A stretch of 62,850 nucleotides of DNA, counting the filler, from Octopus bimaculoides (lineage: Eukaryota): the NCBI RefSeq assembly GCF_001194135.2. It is 3 parts of 3 records of this genome, joined end to end, with 100 filler letters (N's around TTAATTAATTAA, not from the genome) between each part and the next. Parts side by side here need not be neighbours in the genome. Positions count along the whole stretch, not along the records: positions 41,543 to 62,850 come from NC_068985.1; 2 more parts are not named here. One strand, 5' to 3'. Made by a program: the position numbers and the translations under genes. Of the stretch, positions 47,553 to 61,015 are shown in pieces; the stretch's first letter is position 1, and each line of letters starts with the position of its first letter. Below the pieces are notes generated by a model. The model did no database searches, was not told where the DNA came from, and saw nothing but the letters and a program-made list of their open reading frames with translations.

Positions 47553-49690
47553 ACGAGATAAAATATGGCATGCCAGCCCCTCGATTATATGATGAGAGCT
47601 TATAAATTTTGTAATATATCATATGTTTCCATCTTATTTACTTTGACTTTGTAAGTTCACTAAAAGTTTTGCTAAATAATGAGAAGCGTCAGTTTTGTGG
47701 GACGGAGAAAAGATGTCGACGTTGCTATACAAATCCGCAATTTATTTATTAAGAATTTTTTTACAAAGAGAATATCAGGTGCGATGAGCCGAGAGCATAT
47801 ACAGAAAAAGAATATGGTAATTCCTTTTATAACATGTGTGCCATAAAACAATTGTCTTTTCTGTGAAAAAATATTATTTTGATAAAGTTGTGCAGAAGCA
47901 CGTGAATAATAAATATATGTCTCTGTTTTTCTTTCGAGAACTGAAGAAATCTTAAAAGTGTTGAATAAGAAATTAATTGTTTTCCGTGTATTTCCATGTG
48001 AAGGATTTTGTGTATTTCCTAATATGACCGTCTAGAAAAAATAAGTTTACAGAATGAGAATTATTGTGTTCATTTTGCTCAAAGCTGCCGTGACAAATAA
48101 CAATTCTTTCAAAAAATATATAAGCACGTCAATCTATACTGATGATGTGAGGAATAACTGAAGAAATTTTTTTTTTTGGACCGTTTCACATTTTCTGTCA
48201 GCTCCTCAGACAAAAATGAACTTTTTCCCAAATCAATAACAGAGTCACTGCTAACAAAGCTGTCAGGTTTCAGCGTAGAAACAAATATGAAAAGCATTCG
48301 TCTTTTGATGTCTCCTCTTTCATTAAATTATATCGTTTTGCAGAATATAGTGTCAATTAGGAAAACTTAAATAAAACTTAAAACATAATGCCATACAATG
48401 TATGACGTAAGAATGTAATCTTGTGCCATCTATACTATTGATATGCAAATAAAATGGCGTAGTCATTTTATGGGGCATTTAACAATTTCCTTGACTGTTA
48501 GAGAAGGTGTCCGTCTTCTGTGAATTCACTTTTGTTATGAGAACGTTTCCGTGTCCATTTGACAGGTGGAACTTCTTGACGAACATTTATCGAGTGGGAA
48601 ATAGTTTACGCCAATGACCTTATGGTGGCCAACTCTGGCAGTAAGTGTATGGAAAAGAATAAGACAGAGAAAGAGAGAGAGAAGGAGGGAGAGAGGGTGA
48701 GAGAAGGAGTTATTGAGACACAGTGCATGTCTGTTGTTAGAACTTGGACAAGCTGCTTCTGTTACATCTATAGATGTCTTCATCAGAAGATTGCCCAGCA
48801 ATGTACTGAGCCACGTTAATTGATCAGTTGCAACCAGAAGGATGAGTCAGGCCGACTTCGTTTCAATCGCCCTTCTATTTTCTTTTTTTTTTTTTTTGCG
48901 CAATTCTTAGGTGTCATGAACTTCGCCAATGGGGTGATATTCCATGAATTCCTGACAGGACTGTATTATTTACAAATCTAATTGTTGTAATCTTGCCTGG
49001 AGTAAATAATGCAACGAAACAACGGCTAGTTACCGATTCCAAACTTACGACAGGATTAGAATTAAATTTTATTTTACGTTTGTTTTAACATTCATATGCT
49101 TTATGGTTAGTTATATTTTTCAAATGTTAAATATATTGTCAATTTTGAGACCTACGTTATAAAAACACACATGAAGAGACGAGCAAAGTCGAGGACATTA
49201 AAAACATTTATCGTGTTTTTATTGGTGTTATCAGAGGCCTTTTGTCTATTAACAATTTGTCAATTGAGTTCACACGAAATGAAATTATAAGGACTATCAA
49301 ATGTGAACTAACATGTACCACATAAAACATCCATACATTTTAACCAATGATGTATATAATAGGCGGATAAATATACCAGATATTTATAGAGTATGTTTGT
49401 AATTTGAAGGGGATCAGGCAGCTGTGTAGTTGCAATATTTTGATCGAATTTCATCAGCGGTTGAATAACGGCATTAACTCCCCTGGGCTGCAATGTTTAT
49501 TAACCAACTATATCTTTGGCTTATGAAAATCCGATAGACCGGTTTTTGTATAAAACGCTAATTCTTTTCCTGAATTACTACAAACTTAATATTGTTTAGT
49601 TTCAGCTATATATTCTACTAAATATTATATCTTTAAATTTAGCCAAGACGCTATAGATGTAAAATGCTATTTAATATACAATACCATGCT

Positions 49691-49802
<112 letters not shown>

Positions 49803-50056
49803 GTCATCATCTATAATAATGTCAGTCATGAGTTGGGTTTACATCTGCAACCGGTCACATGACTTAGTCCTCCATAGAAACAATGTTTATAATCACTATA
49901 TCACTTGCTGAACACACCATTGAAAGAAGGAAACACTGTAAATGCCAGTAATTTACTACACAAAAGAGAAAAGTTATATGTGAATGTATTTACATCGCTC
50001 TATTACTCTCTAGTAGTGTACTGAAACAGAATAACACTTAACATACCATTGATAAC

Positions 50057-50087
50057 TGTCTATCTATCCCATCTATTTATCTATCTA

Positions 50088-50119
<32 letters not shown>

Positions 50120-50178
50120 GTTGGTCTCTTTGTGTGTGTGTGTGTGTGTTTGTGTGTGTATGTGTATGTATATGTGTA

Positions 50179-50246
<68 letters not shown>
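50057..50246. repeat. (CTAT)n followed by (TG)n microsatellites
   Basis: Visible directly. Confidence 0.95.
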
Positions 50247-50251
<5 letters not shown>

Positions 50252-51215
50252 ATATTCCAACGCAAATTCATGTTATATTAGTCTCTGAACCTAGATATCT
50301 CCCTAAACACAGCTGTATTATGGTGAATTAATATGTTCATTTGCTTCATCTACATATACATACATCTACGTTATCATTTTCTTTACATAAATATAAATTA
50401 GTCTCTCTCACTCTCCCCCTCTCTATCTCTCTTGCACTTTTTTAGTTCTTTTTTTAACAATACCTCCTCGTCCTCTTTGCCTCTCTCTTCCTCTCTTTCT
50501 CTCACTCTCCCTCTGTATATATATATATATATATATATATNNNNNNNNNNNNNNNNNNNNNNNNNNNNNNNNNNNNNNNNNNNNNNNNNNNTATATATAT
50601 ACATAAGCATATATATCAATAAAGGTATTGTAAGAAAGTTGCTTAAGATATTATATCTCTCTGTGCACGAACGATTCTGTGTCTGAGTTGTCAGGCTCTG
50701 TTGTGTTTGCTTCTTTGCCATTTCCTATACTTGAAATCTAATATTCTTGTGCCAGCGAACATCTTGTAATGAATTTTAGAATTCACACAAGCATAAGAAT
50801 AGCAACATCTATTATATTATTTCTGATACTTATCCTTTTGAAGACCGATATGATGCGGATCTTAAACCTATCAATGTAAAACCCTATCAGTATTTTGGCA
50901 TCTCTCCGCTGATAATTATGATGTATATCGATACAGTAAGAGGATTGTCGGTGCCAAAAACACAATACACGTGTTAATGTTTGTGAATCTTAATTCACCT
51001 TGTTCTTGTTTCGCTTTCCCTAGCGGCAAAAATGCATGATCCATTCGTACAGTTAATTACTTTACCTTTCTCGTTTTTTTCTTCTTTTAATTTTGTTGTT
51101 GCAAACCAGCAATAACTTCCAGCATCAGAAAAGCCCGCAATCCTCACTACTTTTATTATTTAATTCTTATACTATGGCTACAAAGTTTTGGGCGCTTGTA
51201 GCAAAAAAAATTATG

Positions 51216-51357
<142 letters not shown>

Positions 51358-51439
51358 TAATGTTAATATGCCAATTTGTTCTTTTTGTACATACCTGTCG
51401 TGTATGTCACCCTTACTTCAGAGAAGGAGTGAGTGGTAA

Positions 51440-51451
51440 AGTGAGAGAGAG

Positions 51452-51524
<73 letters not shown>

Positions 51525-51598
51525 NNNNNNNNNNNNNNNNNNNNNNNNNNNNNNNNNNNNNNNNNNNNNNNNNNNNNNNNNNNNNNNNNNNNNNNNNN

Positions 51599-51668
<70 letters not shown>

Positions 51669-51685
51669 AAGAGGGAGAGTGAAAG
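51440..51685. repeat. (GA)n microsatellite spanning a gap
   Basis: Visible directly. Confidence 0.95.
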
Positions 51686-52419
51686 AGACATGGAGTAGTG
51701 ATGGTGTCCCTTTTGTGCTTTTAAATGTGTATCACATCACTAGAAAAGTAGATACATAGATCCATACACACATTGTTAAATTAAAAACCGGAGAGTGGAG
51801 AGACACAGAGGAAGTGAAAGAGACACAGAGAAAGTGAGAGAGACAATAGATATATGGATCCAAAGAAAAGTTGATACATAGATCCATAGATACAGCAAAT
51901 ATTGGATGTCACTTTCACTTTTCATGACCACCCGAGGATAAAATTAACTCGGAAATGGTTGAGTAATCCACAGTCATGCATATCATTATCGTAGTTTTCA
52001 GGGTGATTCAGCTATACACACAATATAACAAGGCCGGTCCCTTTGAATTACAACTACAACTCATTTTGGTCGGCTGAGTGGACTGAAGCGAGATAAATCT
52101 TCAAGCGGTTGGAACAAAATGAAAAGAGATTTTATATAGGGACAGGAAAATATTTTTAGTCGTTAGGAACACTATGGGTGTTAATCTTGTCCTAACAGCA
52201 GCATTTGTGGGTCTCACGGATATGGAGACCAAACCCCCAGATAAAAACTGATGCGCAGGCTGTTCTTATCAAACTGACCGTGAGACGAGTGCGAAGTCAC
52301 TAGACGATGGAATAGCAATTATTTCGTCTTAGCTTTCACTGCTTATACTAAACACATGACATTTTTGTCTTACGATATGGAACAGTTCCTATTCTTTCAA
52401 TCTTTTTAAAAAATGACAC

Positions 52420-52565
52420 TCGGTCGGTTACGACCTCGAGGTTCCTGTTTGGCTGATCAACAAACAGTCTTCTCGTAAAATTAACGCGCAACTGACTATG
52501 TACTCTACAGAGATGCCTAGCCTAAGTTAGTTGTCAGGGAGATTCAGCTTCACACAGAATGTGAC
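52420..52565 (-). mobile_element. SINE family C/D tail fragment
   Basis: CACTCGGTCGGTTACGACCTCGAGGTTCC..GTAAAATTAACGCGCAA, a homolog of 28732-28880. Confidence 0.6.
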
Positions 52566-52569
52566 AATA

Positions 52570-53640
52570 CACCGTTCAGATTCTCTTACAATACTCTCAA
52601 GTTTTGAGAGTTAGCAGCCCTTTCTTATTCTTGGGCTTCCTTTGCCCATGAATTTTTCATCAGACGCAGCTTTTTTCTGTGTAGCTTTCTTACAGGAGAT
52701 GTATAGGTATCTCAGTGCTGGTGGGCTTTTGTCTGGAGTCCCTGCCTTCAGTCACTTGTGCATATTTTCTAGGACAAGTTTCATTTGAAAATTATACTCA
52801 TCGAACCAATCTTGGTGCTTGCGTTTCACACATCTGAGAGGTGCTTCAGCAGATAGTTTGATGCGGTCAAGAATATTGCCCAACAATACTTCAGAATCAT
52901 TCCTTTCCTCTATTTCTGCAAGCTTCGAGTTTAAATGCATTTCAAAATATTCTGTCGTTTCTGGATTTTTAAAGAAGATACGTTTATTCTCAGACGTTTG
53001 CTGAATCTCGATGATTTCATTTTACATGGTTTAACAAATACCTTACGGCGAAAAATTCTGTGATCCGAGTAACACTCGGGAGTTTTGTAAGTTGTGGTTA
53101 ATCTGAAATTACTACAATCCTTGTTCTTAGTTTTAACATAGACAAGTACGTACCAATTGCCAGATCGGGGATACTTCCACGTGTTTTTCTTCTTATCTGC
53201 CTGCTGTAACATTGTGCTTATGATTGTTACACCAAACTTCTAATAAAAGGACAGAGTCGTAAACCAATTTCATTCATCGTTCCTGTACCATGTTTCCTAT
53301 TAATAGTGACCACAATATAAGTGTGTTCACTATTCTGGCATAAAAAAAAAACACCCATTAGTATGATTTTTTCATGGTATGGGATTTTACTGACAACTGT
53401 CGGCAGTTTAGAGTAGAAGATGTCTTCCTATTCCCATGCCGATATGGTAGGGGCATATATATTGAGAATGTGTATAAATGAGGATAGACCTATCGGCATA
53501 CGGAATGTCATAAGGCACTCATCAACAGTATGAAGCATGGTTGATAATTTGCGAAGTAGAGTCGATTTAATGACAACGCCAATACCACTCGTAAACAAAG
53601 CGTTCCAGTTCACCACTGTCTGAAAGCCTGGTTTCACTTA
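52570..53640 (-). pseudogene. RTE (BovB-like) LINE: AP-endonuclease and linker remnant
   Basis: SGIGVVIK..DECLMTFRMPIG..IHILNIYAPT; YVLV..ECYSDHRIFR; KRKHQDWFDE; QKKLRLMKNSW. Confidence 0.8.
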
Positions 53641-54077
53641 CTGCTGTAATAACAATATTATAGGAGCCGATTACCTTCGCAATTAGTGCTGTTTTTCGCT
53701 CTAGGCCGTCTTTACTCTCTTTTAAAGTTCTTACATTCTAACAACCAAAGATTAGAATGCTTCTTTTATTTTTCATTTTTTTAATACCAACTGCAATAGA
53801 CTGGTTGGCTACACATCTGCAATTAAAGCCAAGGTTATTGAAGGCAACACTTTTTTAGGATTCTTTTTTCTCACCGCGCCTCCGAAATCGGAGAAACAGT
53901 GTTACACCAACAAAGGACTGCTTGCCACACAAAAAAGAGCACAATTGTTGCATGTGCCTTCGGATACGCAAAGAGACGGCCATCACCCTCTGTGCCGCCT
54001 GTGTGGGGAATTTTGGCTAGAAACTTCCGGCAACACACTTTGCCTGTTCCCGTCAGCATGGGATTTTCAAATAGCCT

Positions 54078-54125
<48 letters not shown>

Positions 54126-54126
<1 letters not shown>

Positions 54127-55364
54127 TCTTTCTTATTCAATATGACAATATCCGGCTGACGGTGTTCGATTCCACGATTCGTCTGAAAATCCTAATCGCA
54201 GAGTAGCGTTGCTTTTCCATCATCCTGCATAACTTTACTTGGTATACGCTCATACCAATTCTCTGTTACTTCATATTGGCAATTACGTCATAAGAGCCAA
54301 TGGAGATACACACTTTATCGTGGCGGCGCTTGTATTCTTTTTGTGCAAGGCTCTCACATCCACTTACCAAATGGGTCACATTTTCCACACTCTCTCCACA
54401 AAGTCTTTATTTCTGGGTGTCAGAAGTTTTATAGATGTTATACTTCTCTGAATTGGTATCGAGAGCCTGGTCTTGTGCAGAAATAATCAGACTTTCGGTG
54501 TTACGCTTCAAATCACCTCACTCTAGCCATGCCCACGATGCTGCATTATCCTTAACGTCCTGTGTATTCCTTTCAAACTGTCCCTACATTCTCATTTCAA
54601 GAAGGTCTTATTTACTCTTCTCCTCAGGCCTTTGGTTAAACTCTGCCTTGCCCATCGTTTCATCTGCATTTATACCCACATATTTCGCGGCATATTGCAG
54701 CCAGTCTTCATCACTATTTATCAAATACTCAGCAAGCATTCTCCTTTCACTCCTTATACAATGGTCTATACTAATTAGTCCTCTGCCACCATTCTTTCCT
54801 TTCATATACAGTTTGTTTCCGTTTGCTTTAGGGTGTAACGCCCCATGCAGCGTCATCAACTTTCTCGTCCTTTTATCCAGTATTGATACTTCCTCCTTAG
54901 TCCATTTGTGGAAGTAGCACTATATCTGACCACTGCAACTGCACTGATATTCATCGCAGTAATCAAAGTTTTAACATTTAGGTTAGATTTCAACACCCAC
55001 TTCACCCTTTTTTTGATACGCCTCACTGACCTTGACTTTCATTTCTCTGTGTAGAATGTCATCCAGCTTCAAAATCCCTAAATAACTATACCCACTGCCG
55101 TCTTGTTCACCCATGGTAACCGAAATCCTTTGCAATCTGCTTTCTTCCTTTCTTTTCATATTAAGTACTGAGCATTTGGTCATCCTAAATTCGATACCGA
55201 TGTCCCTACCACACTTCTGAACTGTTTTGGTTGAGGAATTTATCTGTATTTCAGATTTCCCAAACAATTTCAGGTCATCCATAAGCAGCAGATGGTTCAA
55301 TAATGGGCCTTTCTTCCCACATCGGTAACCCATCTTAATTTTCGTAAGTGTCACTGTTAGTGTA
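54126..55364 (-). pseudogene. R4/Dong-clade LINE fragment (RT end, CCHC knuckle, start of RLE)
   Basis: LNHLLLMDDLKLF..YSYLGI; HGALHPKANGNKLY..GGRGL; GDLKRNTESLIISAQDQAL; ENVTHLVSGCESLAQKEYKRRHDKV; IEHRQPDIVILNKKD. Confidence 0.92.
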
Positions 55365-55418
<54 letters not shown>

Positions 55419-56113
55419 TATATTATTATTATTATTATTATCTTCATCATCATCATCATGATCATCATCATCATCAACAACAGCAACAATTTTATGAACA
55501 TCATAATTAATATCTCTTCAATGAAATCTTCAACATCAAAATGTTCTAATCGCTTATATTTCCGTCTTGTTACCCAAAAGGTTATGGAAATTAATTGCAA
55601 AGTGCATTTTTGAAGAATATTTTCAAATAATTTGTATATTCTGTGTCCGAGTCTCTTGGCTATTCGCACTACTTATTTTCTGGTTCTAGATGAGAAAAAT
55701 AAGACATTTCTATCGACCCAGAACTCTTGCTAATATTCGTCTGGTAGAAAAAATATTCAAAATCATCAGTATATGAATTTGACTTCAGGGAATCGAGTTA
55801 ATGAGATTAAAAAAAAAACAGTAGGTTGGGAATAATTTTCCAATGTATATTTTCTATGACGAAAACCTAAGTGCAGAAAATTAGTAATAAGTACTTGGAA
55901 TTTGAAATTTCGCATACGCCATTTATTTTTTGTATAAAGTTGTATTAAATGGCATCTTTCTAAATCAATACGTTATTAATACGCGAAACAGGAGCCAGCG
56001 CAGAGAAACGGGGAGATTTAATTAACGTCTGGCCGTTCAGTGTAGAAAAAGTATAAATATATAAATATTCTACTGTAGAAATGAGCTACGACAATATATA
56101 TATATATATATAT

Positions 56114-56271
56114 AGGCGTGGCTGTGTGGTAAGTAGCTTCCTTACTAACCACATGGTTCCGGGTTCAGACCTACTGCGTAGCACGTTGGGCAAGTGTGTT
56201 TTACTATAGCTTCGGGCCGACCAATGCCTTGTGAGTGGATTTGGTAAACGGAAACTGAAAGAAGCCCGTCG

Positions 56272-56336
<65 letters not shown>

Positions 56337-56530
56337 GTGTGTGTCTGTGTATCTTCTCCCATCATCGCTTTGACAACCGATGCTGGTGTGTTTACATCCC
56401 CTTAACTTAGCGGTCCGGCAAACAGACCGATAGAATAAGTACTAGGCTTACAACGATTTGTTCGAATAAAGGCGGTGCTCCAGCATGGCCACAGTCAAAT
56501 GACAGCAACAAATAAATGAAACGAACAGAA
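56114..56530 (+). mobile_element. SINE family A, full length (tRNA-derived head)
   Basis: GGCGTGGCTGTGTGGTAAG (A box), GGTTCCGGGTTCAGACC (B box), (TA)n(TG)n linker and conserved tail. Confidence 0.93.
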
Positions 56531-57401
56531 GAATATATATACACACACACACACACATGTATATATATTGAACCGGTTTCAGCGCATGAAATGCGACCAT
56601 GCTGGGGCACCGCTATTTGCTGTTGCTACATAACTTTCACTTAAGTAATTCATTTTGGAAGTAGATATTTGGTGCATGAGGGAGTTTGACGCCGCTGCCC
56701 TCACTTGCACTTCCTGCTGTGAAGTTGGTTCATCCGCAGCTCTTCACCACATGAAATCTAGTTTGAAATCTAGCTACCTTTTGAAACCTTTAAGGAGGAA
56801 ATTGCTTTCTACTTTATGTAGTATTTGAAAGAGCGCATTATAATTTCGAAAGTATATTTCTAGCTGAAAAACAAAACTAGTGTGTTCTAGTATTCGCTGT
56901 CTATATATTCCCGTCTCGCGGAGAAGACTGAGGAAGTGAGTGGCGCTGTTTGAAACGTGAAGAAAAACCATAGAATTTAAATAAAACACAATGGCAGAAA
57001 AGCAATTTGAATTTCTAAGCCGAGAAAGTTTCTGTATCTGACCTAAAACAACTCTTCTTCCACTACTTAATAAGCAACAAAATGACTTTTAACATGAATT
57101 TGTTGAATCTTCCAAGTTTTATTCCAGAGTGACTTCATAAGCGGATTTTATTCTGCTTGCATTATTCGGAGTTGTTTTTGAATTTACACAAATATGAAAA
57201 AGTTTCATTGAGTAAAAGCAACTTTGTGTTAATTGAAGAAAAAGCATACGAGCATTCTTGTTTATGTAACCATATATGCATATGTGTGGACAAGTAAAAT
57301 GATATATATGAACACGCACACACACAAACACACTCACACACACACATGCTCACACAAACGCATATATCCGTAAGTGCAAATGCACAATATAGATATATAT
57401 G

Positions 57402-57434
<33 letters not shown>

Positions 57435-57489
57435 TTGTGTGTGTGTGTGTGTGTGTGTATGTGTGTGCGTGCGTGTGTGNNNNNNNNNN

Positions 57490-57539
<50 letters not shown>

Positions 57540-57909
57540 TTTAATGTACACAGTTTAACGATACTAGCTACTAACTGTTTCTTCCTTTGGAGACGTGACT
57601 CTAGGTAGGTTTATAACATACCTTGTATCTCCAAGCAATCTCTGGCTCTGAGCACATGCCTTATTGCATTTACAAAAATCAGGACGCTGGAACACACGAA
57701 ATCGGGAGACAAAAATTAGAAGGTGGTATATGCATATGTGAAAGAGGGAAAAACGTTAAAAAAAAAAGCCCAGAAACTTAGAGATGGATTCCCTTCGACC
57801 GTAATTAAGCTAGTTTTTGTAGAACAACTCAACGAAGAGGGGAACCAACATCTGTGAGACAGTTCCTTAATCTAGAACGTACGGTCAAGGGTGTCCTTCA
57901 GTTCACCAA

Positions 57910-58265
57910 AAGACATTTTTCCGTATGCATTTGCTGAAAATTTTGCAACTGCAATTCGATGGAGCGGTGGAATTCCTAGATCTATAAAGAATATGCAATC
58001 TTTCATTTATGCATAAGTTGAATTTCTTAAAACTGTTTACATATGGCATGGATTTCTCTGCGATTCTCCACTAGAACGTATGTGGTGTGAAGTTGGTGTT
58101 GAAATTCTCTATGCAGCTAACCAACTTAGTGGCTTTACTTTTGTCGATGAGTCGGAAAGAAGATAGTGGTTTGCATACGGTCTTTTGAAATCGTTATCGC
58201 ATAATCCAATGTAAATCTTTTCGGTTAGGTTATCTTGAAGCGTTACTGTGACTTTTGCTTCTCTT
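57910..58265 (-). pseudogene. Penelope-like GIY-YIG endonuclease remnant
   Basis: EAKVTV..KIYIGLCDNDFKRPYANH / SFR..KATKL..WRIAEKSMPY..FNLCINERLHI..SKCIRKNVF resembles the PLE YIG..FK.RY.NH..W.I..PY..C.LCL.EK..SKCRH.NKF pattern. Confidence 0.7.
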
Positions 58266-58807
58266 GGATTTTGCTATATTGATCTCCATGTCGCTGTCTT
58301 TACATACGTCTTTATATTTGACTGGAGATATGCTAAAATCTCGGGCAATATACAAGCAAAGTGATGTCTCGATTTCCTAATATATATTCCATATTTTGTG
58401 TGCATTTCGAAAAACAGATCTCTTTAAGTACCATAGTATAATCGGCAACTGTTTTTCAGAGAATTAGGCGTATCATTGTCTCCAAATTTAATATTGGGTG
58501 TTAATTCTAATGTCAAATGAATGAATTTTTAACGAGTCATTATAAGGTATATAAATACGTCAGTAAATCTTGTATGCAATTTTTTATGAATGCTACCTAT
58601 CTCCTCTTCGTCCTTTCACCATGTCCGTAAGCTAAATCCAAAATTCTTCTACAAGATCAGTGACAGTCTTATAACGCCATTAGCAATGTAAGTAAACATT
58701 TTTAATGGAACAAATGCAAAGAATACAACATAAAGTACTCGATTTAAAATGTTCTTTTCTATTCTAGTCATAAGACCCAAATTTTTTTTTGGTGTGTGGG
58801 GGAGCCG

Positions 58808-59162
58808 ATCGGATCGACCCCACCACGCAACTGGTGCTTACTTTATCCACCACGAAAGGATGAAAGGCAAAGTCGACCTCGGTGGAATTTGAACTCAGAA
58901 CATAAAGACAGACGAAATACTGATAAGTTTTTAGCCTGACGTGCTAACAAGGGGCTAAACATAGAGGGGACAAACAAGGACAGACAAAGGGATTAAGTCG
59001 ATTACATCGACCCCAGAGCGTAACGGCAACTTAATTTATCGACTCCGAAAGGAGGAAAGGCAAAGTCGACCTCGGCGGAATTTGAACACAGAACGTAACG
59101 GCAGACGAAATACCGCTAAGCATTTCGCCCGGCGTGCTAACGTTTCTGCCAGCTCGCCGCCT
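58808..59162 (-). mobile_element. Tandem pair of SINE family B copies
   Basis: A near-complete copy at 58945-59162 (minus-strand head AAGGCGGCGAGCTGGCAGAAACGTTAGCACGCCGGGCG) fused to an older partial copy at 58808-58948. Confidence 0.9.
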
Positions 59163-60229
59163 TAGTTGATTAAAAATATTATCATACCGATAAATGAAAC
59201 AAACTTCCTAGAATTAACATTCTCGTTAAAAGAGTAATTTTGCCTTCAGTGCATACAAAAGTGCAATGCTATTCCCTATATATTACAATAAACTATATTA
59301 ATCTATTGATGCTTGTAGCATAATATTTCCCAGTACTTTACATATAGGCATAAAAGTTTTCATATAAGGGCAATCCGTAAAATCAAGTCATTCACAAGTA
59401 ATGTATTTTGCATCGATTTTTCATTTGAATATTTGATAAAGGGATTGTACGAATTTGACATCAAGAAATGGCGTTATGTAGTAGCTCTAAATATATAATA
59501 TTCCAAAGTATAATCAGCATTACGAAACGCATTTAATAAACTGAACTGCATCAGGAAATTCACAAGTATTGCTGACTTGAATGAATGCTGCCCATTATGT
59601 TAAGGTTTACGAAAGCTGCATGGTGTGTAAAATTTCTACCGCATATATAGCATAACAGTTATCATATACGTGAATAGACAGGAAAACACTGAGAATTAAC
59701 TCATCCAGGTAGGAGTTGAAATATTAATAAGAATGAAAACGCTTTAAAAAGTATGAAATTGAAAAAAAAAAAAGAGATTTCAAACAACAATAGTTAATCA
59801 ATTACCTGAAACATGTTGCATTGTTAGAAGAGAACTGAATTTAGTATAATGTAGAAATCAAAAATATTTAATAGCAAGTTTTAATATTTAGAAGTAGAGC
59901 TATCTATTATGAACACCAGCAGCACTGAAAATATTAAAAATATAGAATAATATTTATGAATATGTGTGAATATATTTATATAGGGAACAATTTCCTCTTC
60001 AGATATGGCGGTAATTCAATACTAAATGATATCATTTATCATAGAGCTTACGTTTCTCGCTGCTGAAATCGAATAACGAATGAACATGTAATTGGTTTCC
60101 TGGCGGAAATAGGGAGGTTTTTTTAATGTTCAGAATCAAACATTAGTGGATTGCAATAGCTTCATTGTTGTCATCTGCTTTGAAAGACCGACCGCGGTTT
60201 ACTAATGATAAATTATATATCATCTATTC

Positions 60230-60514
60230 CTGTCTGTTTGTGTGCCTGTCTGTCTGTGTGCCTGTCTGTTTCTGTGCCTGTCTGTCTGTGTGTCTGTCTG
60301 TTTGTCTCTTTCTCTCTCTTTCACACACACACTCTCTCTCTCTCTCTCTCTCTCTGTATATATATNNNNNNNNNNNNNNNNNNNNNNNNNNNNNNNNNNN
60401 NNNNNNNNNNNNNNNNNNNNNNNNNNNNNNNNNNNNNNNNNNNNNNNNNNNNNNNNNNNNNNNNNNNNNNNNNNNNNNNNNNNNNNNNNNNNNNNNNNNN
60501 NNNNNNNNNNNNNN

Positions 60515-60564
<50 letters not shown>

Positions 60565-60738
60565 CATATATATTCATATATATATGTATACATATATACA
60601 AATATATATTCATATGTAAACATATACATGCATATATACACAAATATGTATACACATACATATATATATATATACATATACGTATATACGTAGATATTCA
60701 TATATATCTATGTATATATATATATATATATATTTATG

Positions 60739-60769
<31 letters not shown>

Positions 60770-60779
60770 NNNNNNNNNN

Positions 60780-60833
<54 letters not shown>

Positions 60834-60875
60834 TGTCTGTGTGTATACATATACATATGTGTGTGTGCATATATA
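60230..60875. repeat. Compound microsatellite field: (TGTC)n, (CT)n, (TA)n, (TG)n with gaps
   Basis: Visible directly. Confidence 0.95.
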
Positions 60876-60977
60876 AAACATTGTTATTTATACAGGTGAA
60901 AAAAAAACTGAATTTTTGGGATATTTAATATCCCTTAGGTCGTTTTTTAAGACATAAATCAATTGTTATATATATAC

Positions 60978-61015
<38 letters not shown>

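Noticed and set aside
48756-48790. Minus-strand CTGATGA followed by the palindrome ACATCTATAGATGT, hammerhead-like
   Set aside because: No GAAA follows the stem, and CTTCTG pairs with CAGAAG to give a simple hairpin that sequesters the core.
55500-55750. Minus-strand peptide WVTRRKYKRLEHFDVEDFIEEIL, possibly a transposase remnant
   Set aside because: No recognisable catalytic motif; cannot be supported without a search.
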